Source of the DNA: an uncultured Actinomycetota bacterium
GTDB lineage: Bacteria > Actinomycetota > Actinomycetes > JAHEKZ01
Direction: 5' to 3'
DNA length: 64,000 nt
Assembly (NCBI GenBank): GCA_963743915.1
Contig: CAVURN010000005.1
Location: 207,131 to 271,130, forward strand
The notes beneath the pieces were generated by a model. That model did not search any database. It was not told where the DNA came from and saw only the letters and a program-made list of their open reading frames with translations. The position numbers and the translations under genes are program-made. Positions within the stretch are counted from its first letter, which is position 1. Every line of letters starts with the position of its first letter. Positions 37,127 through 47,524 of the stretch are shown in pieces.

Positions 37127-38849
37127 TCACTGCTTGACGTACAGGTCCGCGTACGACCACGAGCCGTACGGGGCCCAGATGTACGCCCCTCCGACGTCAG
37201 TGCCGTGCAGGCGCTGCGTCTTGGTGAAGAAGCGCGGAACCACGTAGCCCTTCTGCACGGCCTCGGTGTTGAGGTCCGCCCACATCTGGATCTGCGTGTC
37301 CTGGTCGGTCTCGACCAGCGCCTCCTGGATCCCGTCCTCGAAGGCCTGGTCCTGGGTCTCGCCACCGGTGTTCAGGCGGGAGAGGTTGAACCCTGCCTCG
37401 GCTCCGAGGAGCTCGGGGATGACGGTCGACGGGTTCGCCCAGTCCGGACCCCAGCCGCTGTTCATCAGCGGGCAGTGCTTGTCCGACAGCACGATCCCGT
37501 AGTACTGACCGGGGTCGATCGGGTTGGCGGTCAGCGTGATGCCGGCGGCGTCCATCGACTCGATGAGAGCCTTGGTGGCCTTGTCGGCCGCCGGGCTCGT
37601 CGCGTAGTCGTAGCAGAGCTCAGGCATGGGCTCGCCGGACTCCTGGATCAGCTGCTTGGCCAGCTCGGGGTTGCCCTCGTCCGGGACGGGCTCGCCGAGG
37701 CAGTCCCTCCCAGAGGCCAGTCGGCACGTACCACGGGTCGAAGTTCGACTTGATGAGGCCGTCGGCGTAGTCACCGGCGAAGTCGCCGCCAGCAGCAGCG
37801 CGGAGCGCCGTGCGGTCGATCGCGGCCGCAATCGCCTGACGGTGCTTCTCGTTCGTCACCTGGGTCACGTCGACCGCGATGTAGGTGACGTACGGGTCGA
37901 ACTCGTCCACTCGGCGGTCCTCGAAGCGCGGGTCGTTGAAGACCGTGGCGAACCGGGAGGGGTCGAGGTCGGAGTAGCCGAGCGACGTGGTGTCCTCACC
38001 GGCGTCGGTGATCAGACGCTCGTCGATGACGTCCTGCGCCAGTCCGAACTCCATGACGATCTTGTCGGGGAGAAGGGTGCGCACCGGGTCGGACTCAGGG
38101 TCCCATGCCTCGTTCGGGACGAGCACCAGCTCGCGCTTCTTCTCGTACGTCTCGATCTTGTAGGGGCCGGAGCTGATCGGCCGGTCGTCGTACGACTCGC
38201 CGGTGTCCTCGGCCTCGGGAACCGGGCTGAACGCCAGCAGGGTGGTGGCGTAGTTGAAGTCCGGCACCGGGCGGGAGAGGTTGAACGTGATGGTGTTGCC
38301 GTCGCACGTCACGGCCTCGTCGAAGCCCTCGACGTTGTTCTTCGCGCTCTTGTCGTAGGGGCCGGTGTAGTCCTCGACGTCGAGCATGGAGATGGCGTAG
38401 GTCGGGCCGTCGCTGATGACGTCCTGGGCGAACGTGCGTGAGACGCCGTACTTGACGTCCTCACAGGTCACGGGGTCGCCGTTCTCGAAGGTGGCACCGT
38501 CGCGCAGCGTGAAGGACCACGACGTCGCGTCCTCGTTCGCCGTACCGAGGTCGGTCGCGAGGTCGGGAACGATGTTCCAGCCGTCGCCACCTTCCACGAA
38601 GTCGTACGTGACGAGCGTGCGGTGCATGTAGGCGCCGGCGAACGCCAGGTCCTCACCCGTGTAGTTGCGCTGCGGGTCGAGGTGCTGGATCTGGCTCCCG
38701 ATGGACAGGAACGTGATCGTGCCGCCTGGTGTCGCATCGCCTGTGTCGGATCCGCCGCCGTCGTCGTCCCCGCCACCGCAGGCGGTCAGCAACAGCGCAC
38801 CGACGCCGACCAGCGCCGCGCCACGCAGGCCAATTGTGGCCTTACCCAT
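37127..38849 (-). pseudogene. Family 5 peptide/nickel ABC substrate-binding lipoprotein, split by a frameshift
   Basis: The N-terminal part (lipobox LLTAC) is in ORF 37620..38849, and the C-terminal part (..YIWAPYGSWSYADLYVKQ) is in ORF 37127..37831. The junction is near 37700-37715. The feature length is 3n+1. Confidence 0.7.
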
Positions 38850-38960
38850 GGGTCTCCTTCGATTCGTGGCCCGGCACGTGCTCCCGAGCCGCCTGATGCC
38901 TCGCCTTGTGAGCGAACTGCCCCGGCCGGGTCGGCCAGGGACGGGTGAGGGGCGTGCCGG

Positions 38961-39983
38961 TCATACCCGGCCCGCCCGCGGGTCGAGCGCGTCGCGCACG
39001 CTGTCCCCGAGCTGGTTGAACACGAGCACCACGAAGAAGAGCGCGGTACCCGGGATGAAGAGATAGGTGGGCATGACCGTCACGTAGGTGACCGAGTCGG
39101 CGAGCATCTTGCCCCAAGTGGTGGCAGGGGGAGCGACACCCACCCCCAAGAAGGCCAGCGCCGCCTCGAAGGCGATGTAGCTGGGCAGGGTGATGGTCGT
39201 GTAGACGAGGATCGGCGCCCAGAGGTTGGGAATGAGCTCCTTGAAGACGATCCTTCGGCCGCTCGACCCCATGGCGACCGCCGACTCGACGAACTCGCGC
39301 TCGCGCAGGCTGATCACCTGACCACGGATGATGCGGGCCAGGTACGGCCAGCCGAAGACGCCGAAGACCAGGATCATGTACGTCACGCGGGCCGGGTTGC
39401 CCGGAGGTACGCCCATGGCTTCAAGCCGCTGCACGAGCGGGGGTTGCAAGGCCAGCAGCATGATCAGCAGCGGGAAGACCAGGACGAAGTCCATGAGCCG
39501 CCCCAGTGCCGAGTCGACCCACCCGCCTGCGAAGCCGCTGATGGTGCCCAGGATCACGCCGATGACGACGGTGATGATCGTGGCCGTGATCGCCACCAGG
39601 AGCGAGATGCGCGCGCCGAAGAGCAGCATCATCGCGATGTCGGTGCCCGTGCCCGGCTCGACCCCCAACGGGTGGGACCAGCTGATCCCGGAGTTGAGGA
39701 AGCCGAAGGGGAGCCCACCGGTGGACATGTCCAGCTGGTCGACGTGGCTCTTGGTGGGGTTGTCCAGGAAGAAGTTGGCGATCGGGGGACCCACCGTCAC
39801 CAGCAGCAGGATCACCACGACCGAGATCAGGGAGAACATCCCCCACTTGTCCCGCCGCAGCCGCGACCAGGCGATGGCCTTCAGCGAGCGGCCAGCGATC
39901 ACCTCGGCCTTTTCGCCGTCACCCAGGGGTTGCGCGTCGAGGATCTCGTCCTCGACGGTGCTGGGAATGATCGGACTGGACAT
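38961..39983 (-). CDS. Peptide ABC transporter permease (DppC/OppC type)
   Basis: 340 aa with six TM helices and a BPD-transporter EAA-like loop (SLREREFVESAVAMGSSGRRIVFKELIPN). Confidence 0.8.
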   Translation of the reverse strand: MSSPIIPSTVEDEILDAQPLGDGEKAEVIAGRSLKAIAWSRLRRDKWGMFSLISVVVILLLVTVGPPIANFFLDNPTKSHVDQLDMSTGGLPFGFLNSGISWSHPLGVEPGTGTDIAMMLLFGARISLLVAITATIITVVIGVILGTISGFAGGWVDSALGRLMDFVLVFPLLIMLLALQPPLVQRLEAMGVPPGNPARVTYMILVFGVFGWPYLARIIRGQVISLREREFVESAVAMGSSGRRIVFKELIPNLWAPILVYTTITLPSYIAFEAALAFLGVGVAPPATTWGKMLADSVTYVTVMPTYLFIPGTALFFVVLVFNQLGDSVRDALDPRAGRV

Positions 39984-40135
39984 ACGGGGCCCGGGACCTC
40001 CTGAACATCACGACGCGCCGGCGGATCGCCGGGACGGGGCGAACCTACGGCATGGATTCGTCACCGCCCAAGGGTTGACCCCACCTCGTGACCTGGTGTG
40101 TCCAAATCGTGACACGGGTCCGGAAGGAGGGGACC

Positions 40136-42013
40136 TTAGGCCCGCTTGGCCCGGGCCCTTTGCCGGTTGCGGTCGTTCTGGTCCAGGATCACTTTCCGTA
40201 GCCGGACGGTCGCGGGGGTCACCTCGACGCACTCGTCCTCGCGGCAGAACTCCAGCGCCTGCTCCATGGAGAGCTGCCGGTGGGGGATCAGCGGCACCAG
40301 GACGTCCCCCGTGGCGGAGCGCATGTTGGTGAGCTTCTTCTCCTTGGTCGGGTTGACGTCCATGTCGTCCGACCGCGAGTTCTCGCCCACGATCATGCCC
40401 TCGTAGACCTCGGTCCCAGGTCCCACGAACATCGTGCCGCGCTCCTGCAGGTTGGCCAGCGCGAAACCGGTCGTGTCGCCACGGCGGTCCGCGACCAACG
40501 AGCCCGTGGGCCGCGTCCGCAGCTCCCCGTGCCAGGGCTCGTAGCGCTCGAACACGTGGTGCAGGAGCCCGGTCCCGCGGGTCTCGGTGAGGAACTCGGT
40601 GCGGAAGCCGATCATCCCGCGGGCCGGCACCAGGTACTCCATCCGCACCCAGCCCGTGCCGTGGTTCACCATCTGCTCCATCCGCCCCTTGCGGAGCGCC
40701 ATGAGCTGGGTGACCACCCCGAGGTAGTCCTCGGGGATGTCCACCGTCAGCCGCTCGACGGGCTCGTGCACCGCGCCGTCGATCTCGCGGGTGACGACCT
40801 GCGGTTTGCCGACCGTGAGCTCGAACCCCTCGCGGCGCATCATCTCGACCAGAACGGCGAGCTGCAGCTCGCCTCGTCCCTGGACCTCCCAGGTGTCAGG
40901 ACGCTCGGTCTCGTGGACCCGGATCGACACGTTGCCGACGAGCTCGGCCTCCAGGCGGGTCTTGACCATCCGCGCCGTCAGCTTGGACCCGCTGTGACCT
41001 GCCAGCGGCGAGGTGTTGATGCCGATCGTCATCGAGATCGACGGCTCGTCGACGGTGATGACGGGCAGCGGACGCGGGTCGTCCGCGTCCGCCAGGGTCT
41101 CGCCGATGGTGATCTCGGGGATGCCGGCGACGGCGATGATGTCGCCGTGGGACGCCGACTCTGCCGGCACCCGGTCCAGCGCCTCGGTGATGAGCAGCTC
41201 GGTGACCTTCACCCGCTCGATCGAGCCGTCCGCTCGGCACCACGCCACCGTCTGACCCTTGGCGATCGTGCCGTTGTGGACGCGGCAGAGCGCCAGACGC
41301 CCGAGGTAGGGCGACGCGTCCAGGTTGGTGACATGGGCCTGCAGCGGAGCCTCGGGGTCGTACCGCGGCGCGGGGACGGTCTCGACGATGGCCGTGAACA
41401 GCGGCTCGAGGTCGGGACTGTCGGGCAGACCGCCGTCCTCGGGCTTGCTGAGCGATGCCCGTCCGTTCTTCGCTGAGGCGTACACGATCGGGAAGTCGAT
41501 CTGGGACTCGTCGGCGTCCAGATCCAGGAAGAGCTCGTAGGTCTCGTCCACGACGTCGGAGATCCGCGCGTCAGGGCGGTCGACCTTGTTGACCACCAGC
41601 ACCACGGGCAGTCTCTTCTGCAGCGCCTTCCGCAGCACGAACCGCGTCTGCGGCAAGGGGCCCTCGCTGGCGTCCACGAGCAGCAGGACGCCGTCGACCA
41701 TCTCGAGCCCCCGCTCGACCTCGCCTCCGAAGTCGGCGTGCCCAGGGGTGTCGATGATGTTGAGGGTGACCTGCTGGCCATCGGCCATGTCATGCCTGAC
41801 CGCGGTGTTCTTGGCCAGGATCGTGATGCCCTTCTCGCGCTCGAGGTCCATCGAGTCCATGACCCGGTCAGCGACGTCGGCGTTCTCGCGGAACGCGCCG
41901 GACTGCCAGAGCATCGCGTCGACGAGGGTGGTCTTGCCGTGGTCCACGTGCGCGACGATGGCCACGTTGCGCAGGTCCGTACGGGCGGCAGTGCGGGCGG
42001 CTGAAGACGCCAT
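40136..42013 (-). CDS. typA: Translational GTPase TypA/BipA
   Basis: G1 AHVDHGKTT, G3 DTPGHADF, G4 NKVD, and the TypA-specific C-terminal region. 625 aa. Confidence 0.9.
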   Translation of the reverse strand: MASSAARTAARTDLRNVAIVAHVDHGKTTLVDAMLWQSGAFRENADVADRVMDSMDLEREKGITILAKNTAVRHDMADGQQVTLNIIDTPGHADFGGEVERGLEMVDGVLLLVDASEGPLPQTRFVLRKALQKRLPVVLVVNKVDRPDARISDVVDETYELFLDLDADESQIDFPIVYASAKNGRASLSKPEDGGLPDSPDLEPLFTAIVETVPAPRYDPEAPLQAHVTNLDASPYLGRLALCRVHNGTIAKGQTVAWCRADGSIERVKVTELLITEALDRVPAESASHGDIIAVAGIPEITIGETLADADDPRPLPVITVDEPSISMTIGINTSPLAGHSGSKLTARMVKTRLEAELVGNVSIRVHETERPDTWEVQGRGELQLAVLVEMMRREGFELTVGKPQVVTREIDGAVHEPVERLTVDIPEDYLGVVTQLMALRKGRMEQMVNHGTGWVRMEYLVPARGMIGFRTEFLTETRGTGLLHHVFERYEPWHGELRTRPTGSLVADRRGDTTGFALANLQERGTMFVGPGTEVYEGMIVGENSRSDDMDVNPTKEKKLTNMRSATGDVLVPLIPHRQLSMEQALEFCREDECVEVTPATVRLRKVILDQNDRNRQRARAKRA

Positions 42014-42071
42014 GGGCGTGCAAACTCGCTCTCGAGAAGGGGAAGGACCACCGAACGGTGACCTGACCAGT

Positions 42072-42938
42072 CTACGGGGCGCGCCTGGGCGTGGTTCGGA
42101 CGGTCATACCGCTGCCGTCGTCGTTGACGGCATAGGCGATGTCGATCGCGCCGAGCTCGTCGAGGCGAGAAAGGTGAGTTCCCCCGCACGGCATCTCCCC
42201 GGTTCCCTCCGGCAGGGCGCAGGTCCAACGACGCCGCCCGGTGACCCGACGGTCACCGTCGTCCTCCACCCGGACCTCGGCCGCCGAGGCGATCCACTGG
42301 GCCAGCTGGGTCTCGACCGCCTCGACCACCTCCGACAGGGACGCGGTGAAGGCCGCGGCATCGAAACCCTTCTTCCGCAGGCTCTTGCCGAACCGGTAGG
42401 TGTCGGTTGATCCCTCCCGGTCCATCACCGAGGAGACCATCGCGATCTGGTCCAGGTCCGGTCTGCCGAGGGAGTCGCTCCGGATGTCCTTCCCCTCACG
42501 CCAGAACCTCGCGGTGGCTTCGTTCATGGCCAGCGCAGCCAGGTGGCAGGCGGTGTGCGAGGCCGACAGGTCCGCGCGTCTGTCGGCGTCCACCACGAGC
42601 TCGGCCACGTCACCTGGCGAGGGGGCCGGCCCGCCCAGCACGTGGGCCACCAGCCACGTCCAGCCGGCCTCGCCACGTCTGACGGGGATGTCGCTGCCGA
42701 CCCGCAGGGCTCCGTCGGGGCCGAGCGCCGCCATCCGGGTGTCGAGGACCGGGACGCCGGACAAGTGCCCGGTGTCCCCGGGCTGGTCGGGCCAGGAGTG
42801 GTCGATCGGGTGGAAGGGCGTGGTGTCCACCACCACGACAGCCCCGTCGGCCCCGCCTGCCACCGTGACGACCTGACCGGTCCCACGGGTGGCGCCGTCG
42901 GCGAAGGTCACCACCGTCTCCTGCAGCTCCTCGGCCAT
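42072..42938 (-). CDS. Alanyl-tRNA editing (AlaX-like) / tRNA_SAD metal-dependent hydrolase family protein
   Basis: The HxxxH (HTACHL) and CxxxH (CGGTHL) zinc motifs are spaced as in AlaX/ThrRS editing domains. Confidence 0.55.
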   Translation of the reverse strand: MAEELQETVVTFADGATRGTGQVVTVAGGADGAVVVVDTTPFHPIDHSWPDQPGDTGHLSGVPVLDTRMAALGPDGALRVGSDIPVRRGEAGWTWLVAHVLGGPAPSPGDVAELVVDADRRADLSASHTACHLAALAMNEATARFWREGKDIRSDSLGRPDLDQIAMVSSVMDREGSTDTYRFGKSLRKKGFDAAAFTASLSEVVEAVETQLAQWIASAAEVRVEDDGDRRVTGRRRWTCALPEGTGEMPCGGTHLSRLDELGAIDIAYAVNDDGSGMTVRTTPRRAP

Positions 42939-43049
42939 GGGTGCCAGCCAACACGACCACTTGGGTCAAGGTGCTGGCGCCCCCGGCGGCCCTCGGCCAG
43001 ACTGCCCAGGACGATGTGACCCACCTCACCGACGAGGAGGTGCTCCACG

Positions 43050-43301
43050 ATGAGCATTCCGCCCCAGGACGTCACGGCCGCGCGTCGTGCCGCCACCGAC
43101 CTCGTGCGCGCTGTCGAGATCCTCAAGGCCCGGCACGGGGACAGCGTCGACATGCGGCGGCTGCTCGCCGATGCCCAGCGGATCAGCGAGGACCTCGACA
43201 TCCTCGCCGGCCCCGAGGCTCCGTCCATGGACGACGAGCCGATCCTGATCCCCGACCACGACTACCCTCCGGAGATGTGGCACGACGCGGACCGCGAATG
43301 A
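43050..43301 (+). CDS. Hypothetical small acidic protein
   Basis: 83-aa ORF with good GC3 bias and no recognisable motif. Confidence 0.35.
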   Translation: MSIPPQDVTAARRAATDLVRAVEILKARHGDSVDMRRLLADAQRISEDLDILAGPEAPSMDDEPILIPDHDYPPEMWHDADRE

Positions 43302-43335
43302 CCTGCCCCCCGGCCGCCTCGACCTCGGAGAGCCC

Positions 43336-44154
43336 ATGACCACCACTGCCCCCTCCGGCCCCCTCAGCTCGGGCACCGGAGCACCGGGCCGTGCCCGCAT
43401 CACGGCGCGCACCCTGCGCACGGACCGGTGGTGGCTCCAGCCAGCCATCACCATGGTGGTACTGCTGGCCTTCGTCGTGTACGCCACCTGGCGCGCCTTC
43501 GAGAACGCGTACTACTACGCCTCGCCCTACCTGTCGCCGTTCTACTCCCCCTGCGTCGCCGAGAACTGCACGCCGGGGTCGGACGACTTCGGCCGGCTCG
43601 TCGGAGACTGGTGGGCGCTGTCACCGGCGCTGCTCATCCTGGTCTTCCCTCTGGGATTCCGGATGACCTGCTACTACTACCGCAAGGCGTACTACCGCTC
43701 GTTCTGGATGTCGCCGCCCGCCTGTGCCGTCGCCGAGCCGCACCGCTCCTACACCGGTGAGACCAGGGCGCCCCTGATTCTGCAGAACTCGCACCGCTGG
43801 TTCTTCTACGCCGGCCTGGCGTTCAACGTCATCCTCACCTGGGACGCCGTCCTCGGTTTCCGCAACGCCGACGGTGAGTGGGGGCACATGGGGCTGGGAA
43901 CACTGTTCCTGGTGACGAACGCGACCCTGCTGTGGCTCTACTCGCTGTCGTGCCACTCGTGCCGCAACACCATCGGCGGTCGCCTCAAGCACTTCTCCCG
44001 GCACCCGATCCGCTACCGCGCGTGGACCTGGGTGAGCCGGATGAACCACCACCACCCGCTCTTCGCGTGGCTCTCGCTCTTCGGCGTCGCGCTGACCGAC
44101 CTGTACATCATGCTGCTGGCCCGCGGAACCATCACCGACATCACCTTCTTCTGA
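43336..44154 (+). CDS. Succinate dehydrogenase/fumarate reductase membrane anchor (Sdh1-type, Rv0249c-like)
   Basis: 272-aa polytopic protein with conserved His residues, immediately upstream of sdhA/sdhB. Size and position match the mycobacterial Sdh1 anchor. Confidence 0.6.
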   Translation: MTTTAPSGPLSSGTGAPGRARITARTLRTDRWWLQPAITMVVLLAFVVYATWRAFENAYYYASPYLSPFYSPCVAENCTPGSDDFGRLVGDWWALSPALLILVFPLGFRMTCYYYRKAYYRSFWMSPPACAVAEPHRSYTGETRAPLILQNSHRWFFYAGLAFNVILTWDAVLGFRNADGEWGHMGLGTLFLVTNATLLWLYSLSCHSCRNTIGGRLKHFSRHPIRYRAWTWVSRMNHHHPLFAWLSLFGVALTDLYIMLLARGTITDITFF

Positions 44155-44182
44155 GCGACGACCGCCCTCACGAAAGGACCCC

Positions 44183-46078
44183 ATGACCGACCTGGAACGC
44201 CACTCCTACGACGTCGTCGTGATCGGCGCCGGAGGAGCCGGACTGCGCGCCGCGATCGAGGCGCGCAGTCACGGGCTGCGGACCGCGATCATCTGCAAGT
44301 CGCTGTTCGGCAAGGCGCACACGGTCATGGCCGAGGGCGGCATCGCGGCCTCCATGGGCAACGTCAACAGCAACGACGGCTGGCAGGTCCATTTCCGCGA
44401 CACCATGCGGGGCGGCAAGTTCCTCAACCACTGGCGGATGGCCGAGCTCCACGCGAAGGAGGCACCGGAAAGAGTCTGGGAGCTGGAGACGTGGGGTGCC
44501 CTCTTCGACCGCACGCCGGACGGCCGCATCAGCCAACGCAACTTCGGTGGCCACGAGTACCCCCGGCTCGCCCACGTCGGCGACCGCACCGGTCTTGAGC
44601 TGATCCGGACGCTGCAGCAGCGCATCGTCGCACTGCAGCAGCAGGACGAACGCGAGCTCGGCAACCCCGAGGCGCGGATCCGGGTCTTCGCCGAGTGCAC
44701 GATCACCGAGATCCTGAAGGACGGTGACCGGGTCGCCGGGGCGTTCGGGTACTGGCGGGAGTCCGGGCGCTTCATCACGTTCAGCGCGCCCGCGGTGATC
44801 CTGGCCACCGGCGGCATCGGCAAGTCGTTCAAGGTGACCAGCAACTCGTGGGAGTACACCGGCGACGGTCACGCGCTGGCACTTCGGGCGGGTGGGTCGT
44901 TGGTCAACATGGAGTTCATCCAGTTCCACCCCACCGGCATGGTGTGGCCGCCCAGCGTCAAGGGGATCCTCGTCACCGAGTCGGTGCGCGGTGACGGCGG
45001 CGTGCTGCGCAACGCCGGCGGGCAGCGCTTCATGTTCGACTACGTGCCCGAGGTGTTCCGCGAGAAGTACGCCCACGACGAGGCCGAGGGCGACCGCTGG
45101 TACACCGACCCCGACACCAACCGGAGACCCCCTGAGCTGCTTCCTCGTGACGAAGTCGCGCGGGCGATCAACTCCGAGGTCAAGGCGGGACGCGGCTCAC
45201 CGCACGGCGGAGTCTTTCTGGACGTCTCGACACGGCTGCCCGCCGAGACCATCCGGCGCAAGCTCCCCTCCATGTACCACCAGTTCAAGGAGCTCGCGGG
45301 GGTCGACATCACCGCCGAACCGATGGAGGTCGGTCCGACGTGCCACTACGTCATGGGTGGCGTGGAGGTCGTGCCTGACGACTGCGCGGCAGTCGGCGTC
45401 CCCGGGCTCTTCGCGGCCGGCGAGGTCGCGGGCGGGATGCACGGCTCGAACCGGCTGGGCGGTAACTCGCTCTCGGATCTCCTGGTCTTCGGACGCCGAG
45501 CCGGGCTGGGCGCAGCACAGTACGTCGCCTCACTCAGCGACGAGCGCCCACAGGTCCCCGCCGCCACCATCGACACGGCCGCCGAGGACGCCGTGCGCCC
45601 CTTCGCCGGCGACGGCGGGGAGAACCCCTACACCCTCCACACCGAGCTGCAGATGACGATGAACGACCTGGTCGGGATCATCCGCCGCAAGGAGGAGATG
45701 GAAGACGCCCTCGAGAAGCTCGAGGAGCTGAAGGAACGTGCCCGCGGCGTCACGGTCGAGGGCCACCGACAGTTCAACCCGGGCTGGCACCTCGCCCTCG
45801 ACCTGGCGAACATGCTTCTGGTCTCCGAGTGCGTGGCCCGCGCGGCACTCATGCGGGAGGAGTCGCGCGGCGGCCACACGCGCGAGGACTACCCGTTGAT
45901 GAGCGACGACTGGCGGCAGTGGAACTTGATCTGCCGGGCGCCGGCAGACGCCGTCGAGGTGGTGAAGCAGCCGCTGCCCACGATGCCCACCGAGCTGCTC
46001 TCGCTCTTCGACCGTGACGAGCTCAGCAAGTACATGACCGAGGACGAGCTGTCCGCGCTTCCGAGGGGCGATGCCTGA
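44183..46078 (+). CDS. sdhA: Succinate dehydrogenase/fumarate reductase flavoprotein subunit
   Basis: FAD motif VVVIGAGGAGLRAA, covalent-FAD His region (AHTVMAEGG) and active-site HPTG. 631 aa. Confidence 0.9.
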   Translation: MTDLERHSYDVVVIGAGGAGLRAAIEARSHGLRTAIICKSLFGKAHTVMAEGGIAASMGNVNSNDGWQVHFRDTMRGGKFLNHWRMAELHAKEAPERVWELETWGALFDRTPDGRISQRNFGGHEYPRLAHVGDRTGLELIRTLQQRIVALQQQDERELGNPEARIRVFAECTITEILKDGDRVAGAFGYWRESGRFITFSAPAVILATGGIGKSFKVTSNSWEYTGDGHALALRAGGSLVNMEFIQFHPTGMVWPPSVKGILVTESVRGDGGVLRNAGGQRFMFDYVPEVFREKYAHDEAEGDRWYTDPDTNRRPPELLPRDEVARAINSEVKAGRGSPHGGVFLDVSTRLPAETIRRKLPSMYHQFKELAGVDITAEPMEVGPTCHYVMGGVEVVPDDCAAVGVPGLFAAGEVAGGMHGSNRLGGNSLSDLLVFGRRAGLGAAQYVASLSDERPQVPAATIDTAAEDAVRPFAGDGGENPYTLHTELQMTMNDLVGIIRRKEEMEDALEKLEELKERARGVTVEGHRQFNPGWHLALDLANMLLVSECVARAALMREESRGGHTREDYPLMSDDWRQWNLICRAPADAVEVVKQPLPTMPTELLSLFDRDELSKYMTEDELSALPRGDA

Positions 46079-47220
46079 TGGGATACACCGCACGTCTCCG
46101 GGTGTGGCGAGGATCCGACGACCAGGGCGAGCTGCAGGACTTCGAGGTCGAGGTCAACGAGGGTGAGGTCGTGCTCGACATCATCCACCGGCTCCAGGCG
46201 ACCCAGACGCCCGACCTGGCCGTCCGTTGGAACTGCAAGGCCGGCAAGTGCGGATCGTGCAGCGCCGAGATCAACGGTCGACCGCGCCTGATGTGCATGA
46301 CGCGGATGAGCACCTTCGACCAGAGCGAGACGGTCACGGTCACACCGCTGCGCGCCTTCCCCGTCATCCGGGACCTCGTCACCGACGTCTCCTTCAACTA
46401 CCAGAAGGCCAGAGAGGTCCCGTCCTTTACGCCGCCGGCCGCCCTCAAGGCAGGCGAATACCGGATGCAGCAGATCGACGTCGAGCGCAGCCAGGAGTTC
46501 CGCAAGTGCATCGAGTGCTTCCTCTGTCAGGACACCTGTCACGTCATCCGTGACCACGAGGAGAACAAGGAAGTCTTCGCCGGCCCCCGGTTCTTCATCC
46601 GGATCGCCGAGCTGAACATGCACCCGCTCGACACCCTGGAGCGCCGTCACTCCGCTCAGGAGGAGTACGGCCTCGGGTACTGCAACATCACGAAGTGCTG
46701 CACCGAGGTGTGCCCCGAGGGCATCCACATCACGGACAACGCCATCATCCCGATGAAGGAGCGCGTGGTCGATGCGAAGTACGACCCCGCGTTCGGGCTC
46801 TTCCGGAAGCTGCGCGAGCGCTCAGGCTCGACGCGCAGCATGACCCGCAACGCGGACGAGGCGTGGGATCTGCTGCTCGCCGTCGAGAGCGGGCAGGTCA
46901 CCTACTCGGAGGTGCGCCGTGAGGTGGAGGAGCGGCTGGGCGAGGCCCGCTCGGCAGCGAGCACCGGCACCGTCCTGGCTCGGGTCGAGGCGGTCAACCA
47001 TCTGCATGCCGGACGCCTGACCGAGGCCGCCGAGGCCGCCGAGGTCTCGCTCAGCTGGCACCGCAGCCGCGAGGAGCAGTCGGACGCCTGGGTGACGCTC
47101 GCTCGCGTCTACCGGGCCGAGGGCAGGGCTGCGTCGATGGACGAGGCGCTGAGCCAGGCCTCCCACCTGTGGCCGGAGAACCCCCGGCTGCGCACCCTCG
47201 CGGATGTGCCGACGTCATGA
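46078..47220 (+). CDS. sdhB: Succinate dehydrogenase/fumarate reductase iron-sulfur subunit with a ~125-aa C-terminal helical extension
   Basis: 2Fe-2S CKAGKCGSCSAEINGRPRLMC, 4Fe-4S CIECFLCQDTC and 3Fe-4S CNITKCCTEVCP within the first ~250 aa. The ORF then continues to 47220. Confidence 0.8.
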   Translation: MGYTARLRVWRGSDDQGELQDFEVEVNEGEVVLDIIHRLQATQTPDLAVRWNCKAGKCGSCSAEINGRPRLMCMTRMSTFDQSETVTVTPLRAFPVIRDLVTDVSFNYQKAREVPSFTPPAALKAGEYRMQQIDVERSQEFRKCIECFLCQDTCHVIRDHEENKEVFAGPRFFIRIAELNMHPLDTLERRHSAQEEYGLGYCNITKCCTEVCPEGIHITDNAIIPMKERVVDAKYDPAFGLFRKLRERSGSTRSMTRNADEAWDLLLAVESGQVTYSEVRREVEERLGEARSAASTGTVLARVEAVNHLHAGRLTEAAEAAEVSLSWHRSREEQSDAWVTLARVYRAEGRAASMDEALSQASHLWPENPRLRTLADVPTS

Positions 47221-47510
47221 GCCCGCGGCTGCTCGACGGAGAGGAGGTCGAGCGACAGCTGGCCGACCTTCCCGGTTGGACCAGCGACGGGCAGAGCCTG
47301 TACACCAGCCTGGACTTCCCCACCTTCCTCGACGCCATCGCGGCGGTCGACGCGATCGCAGCCGACGCCGAGCAGATGGACCACCACCCCGACATCGACA
47401 TCCGCTGGCGCACGCTCCGCATCACGTTGTCGACGCACTCGGCCGGTGGGATCACCCAGCTCGACATCGAGATGGCCCACCGCATCCGGGCGCACTCACC
47501 GAGCGCCTAG
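47217..47510 (+). CDS. 4a-hydroxytetrahydrobiopterin (pterin-4a-carbinolamine) dehydratase
   Basis: The ATG overlaps the sdhB stop (ATGA). The motif DHHPDIDIRWRTLRITLSTHSAGGIT is typical of the PCD family. Confidence 0.8.
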   Translation: MSPRLLDGEEVERQLADLPGWTSDGQSLYTSLDFPTFLDAIAAVDAIAADAEQMDHHPDIDIRWRTLRITLSTHSAGGITQLDIEMAHRIRAHSPSA

Positions 47511-47524
47511 GTGAAGACGCACCG

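Noticed and set aside
39984-40135. Search for tRNA or small RNA genes in the larger intergenic gaps (2824-2927, 16884-16964, 39984-40135 and 63066-63192).
   Set aside because: I could not fold a cloverleaf with conserved T-loop (GTTCGAATC-like) or D-loop features in any of them. They look like ordinary promoter or 5' UTR regions.
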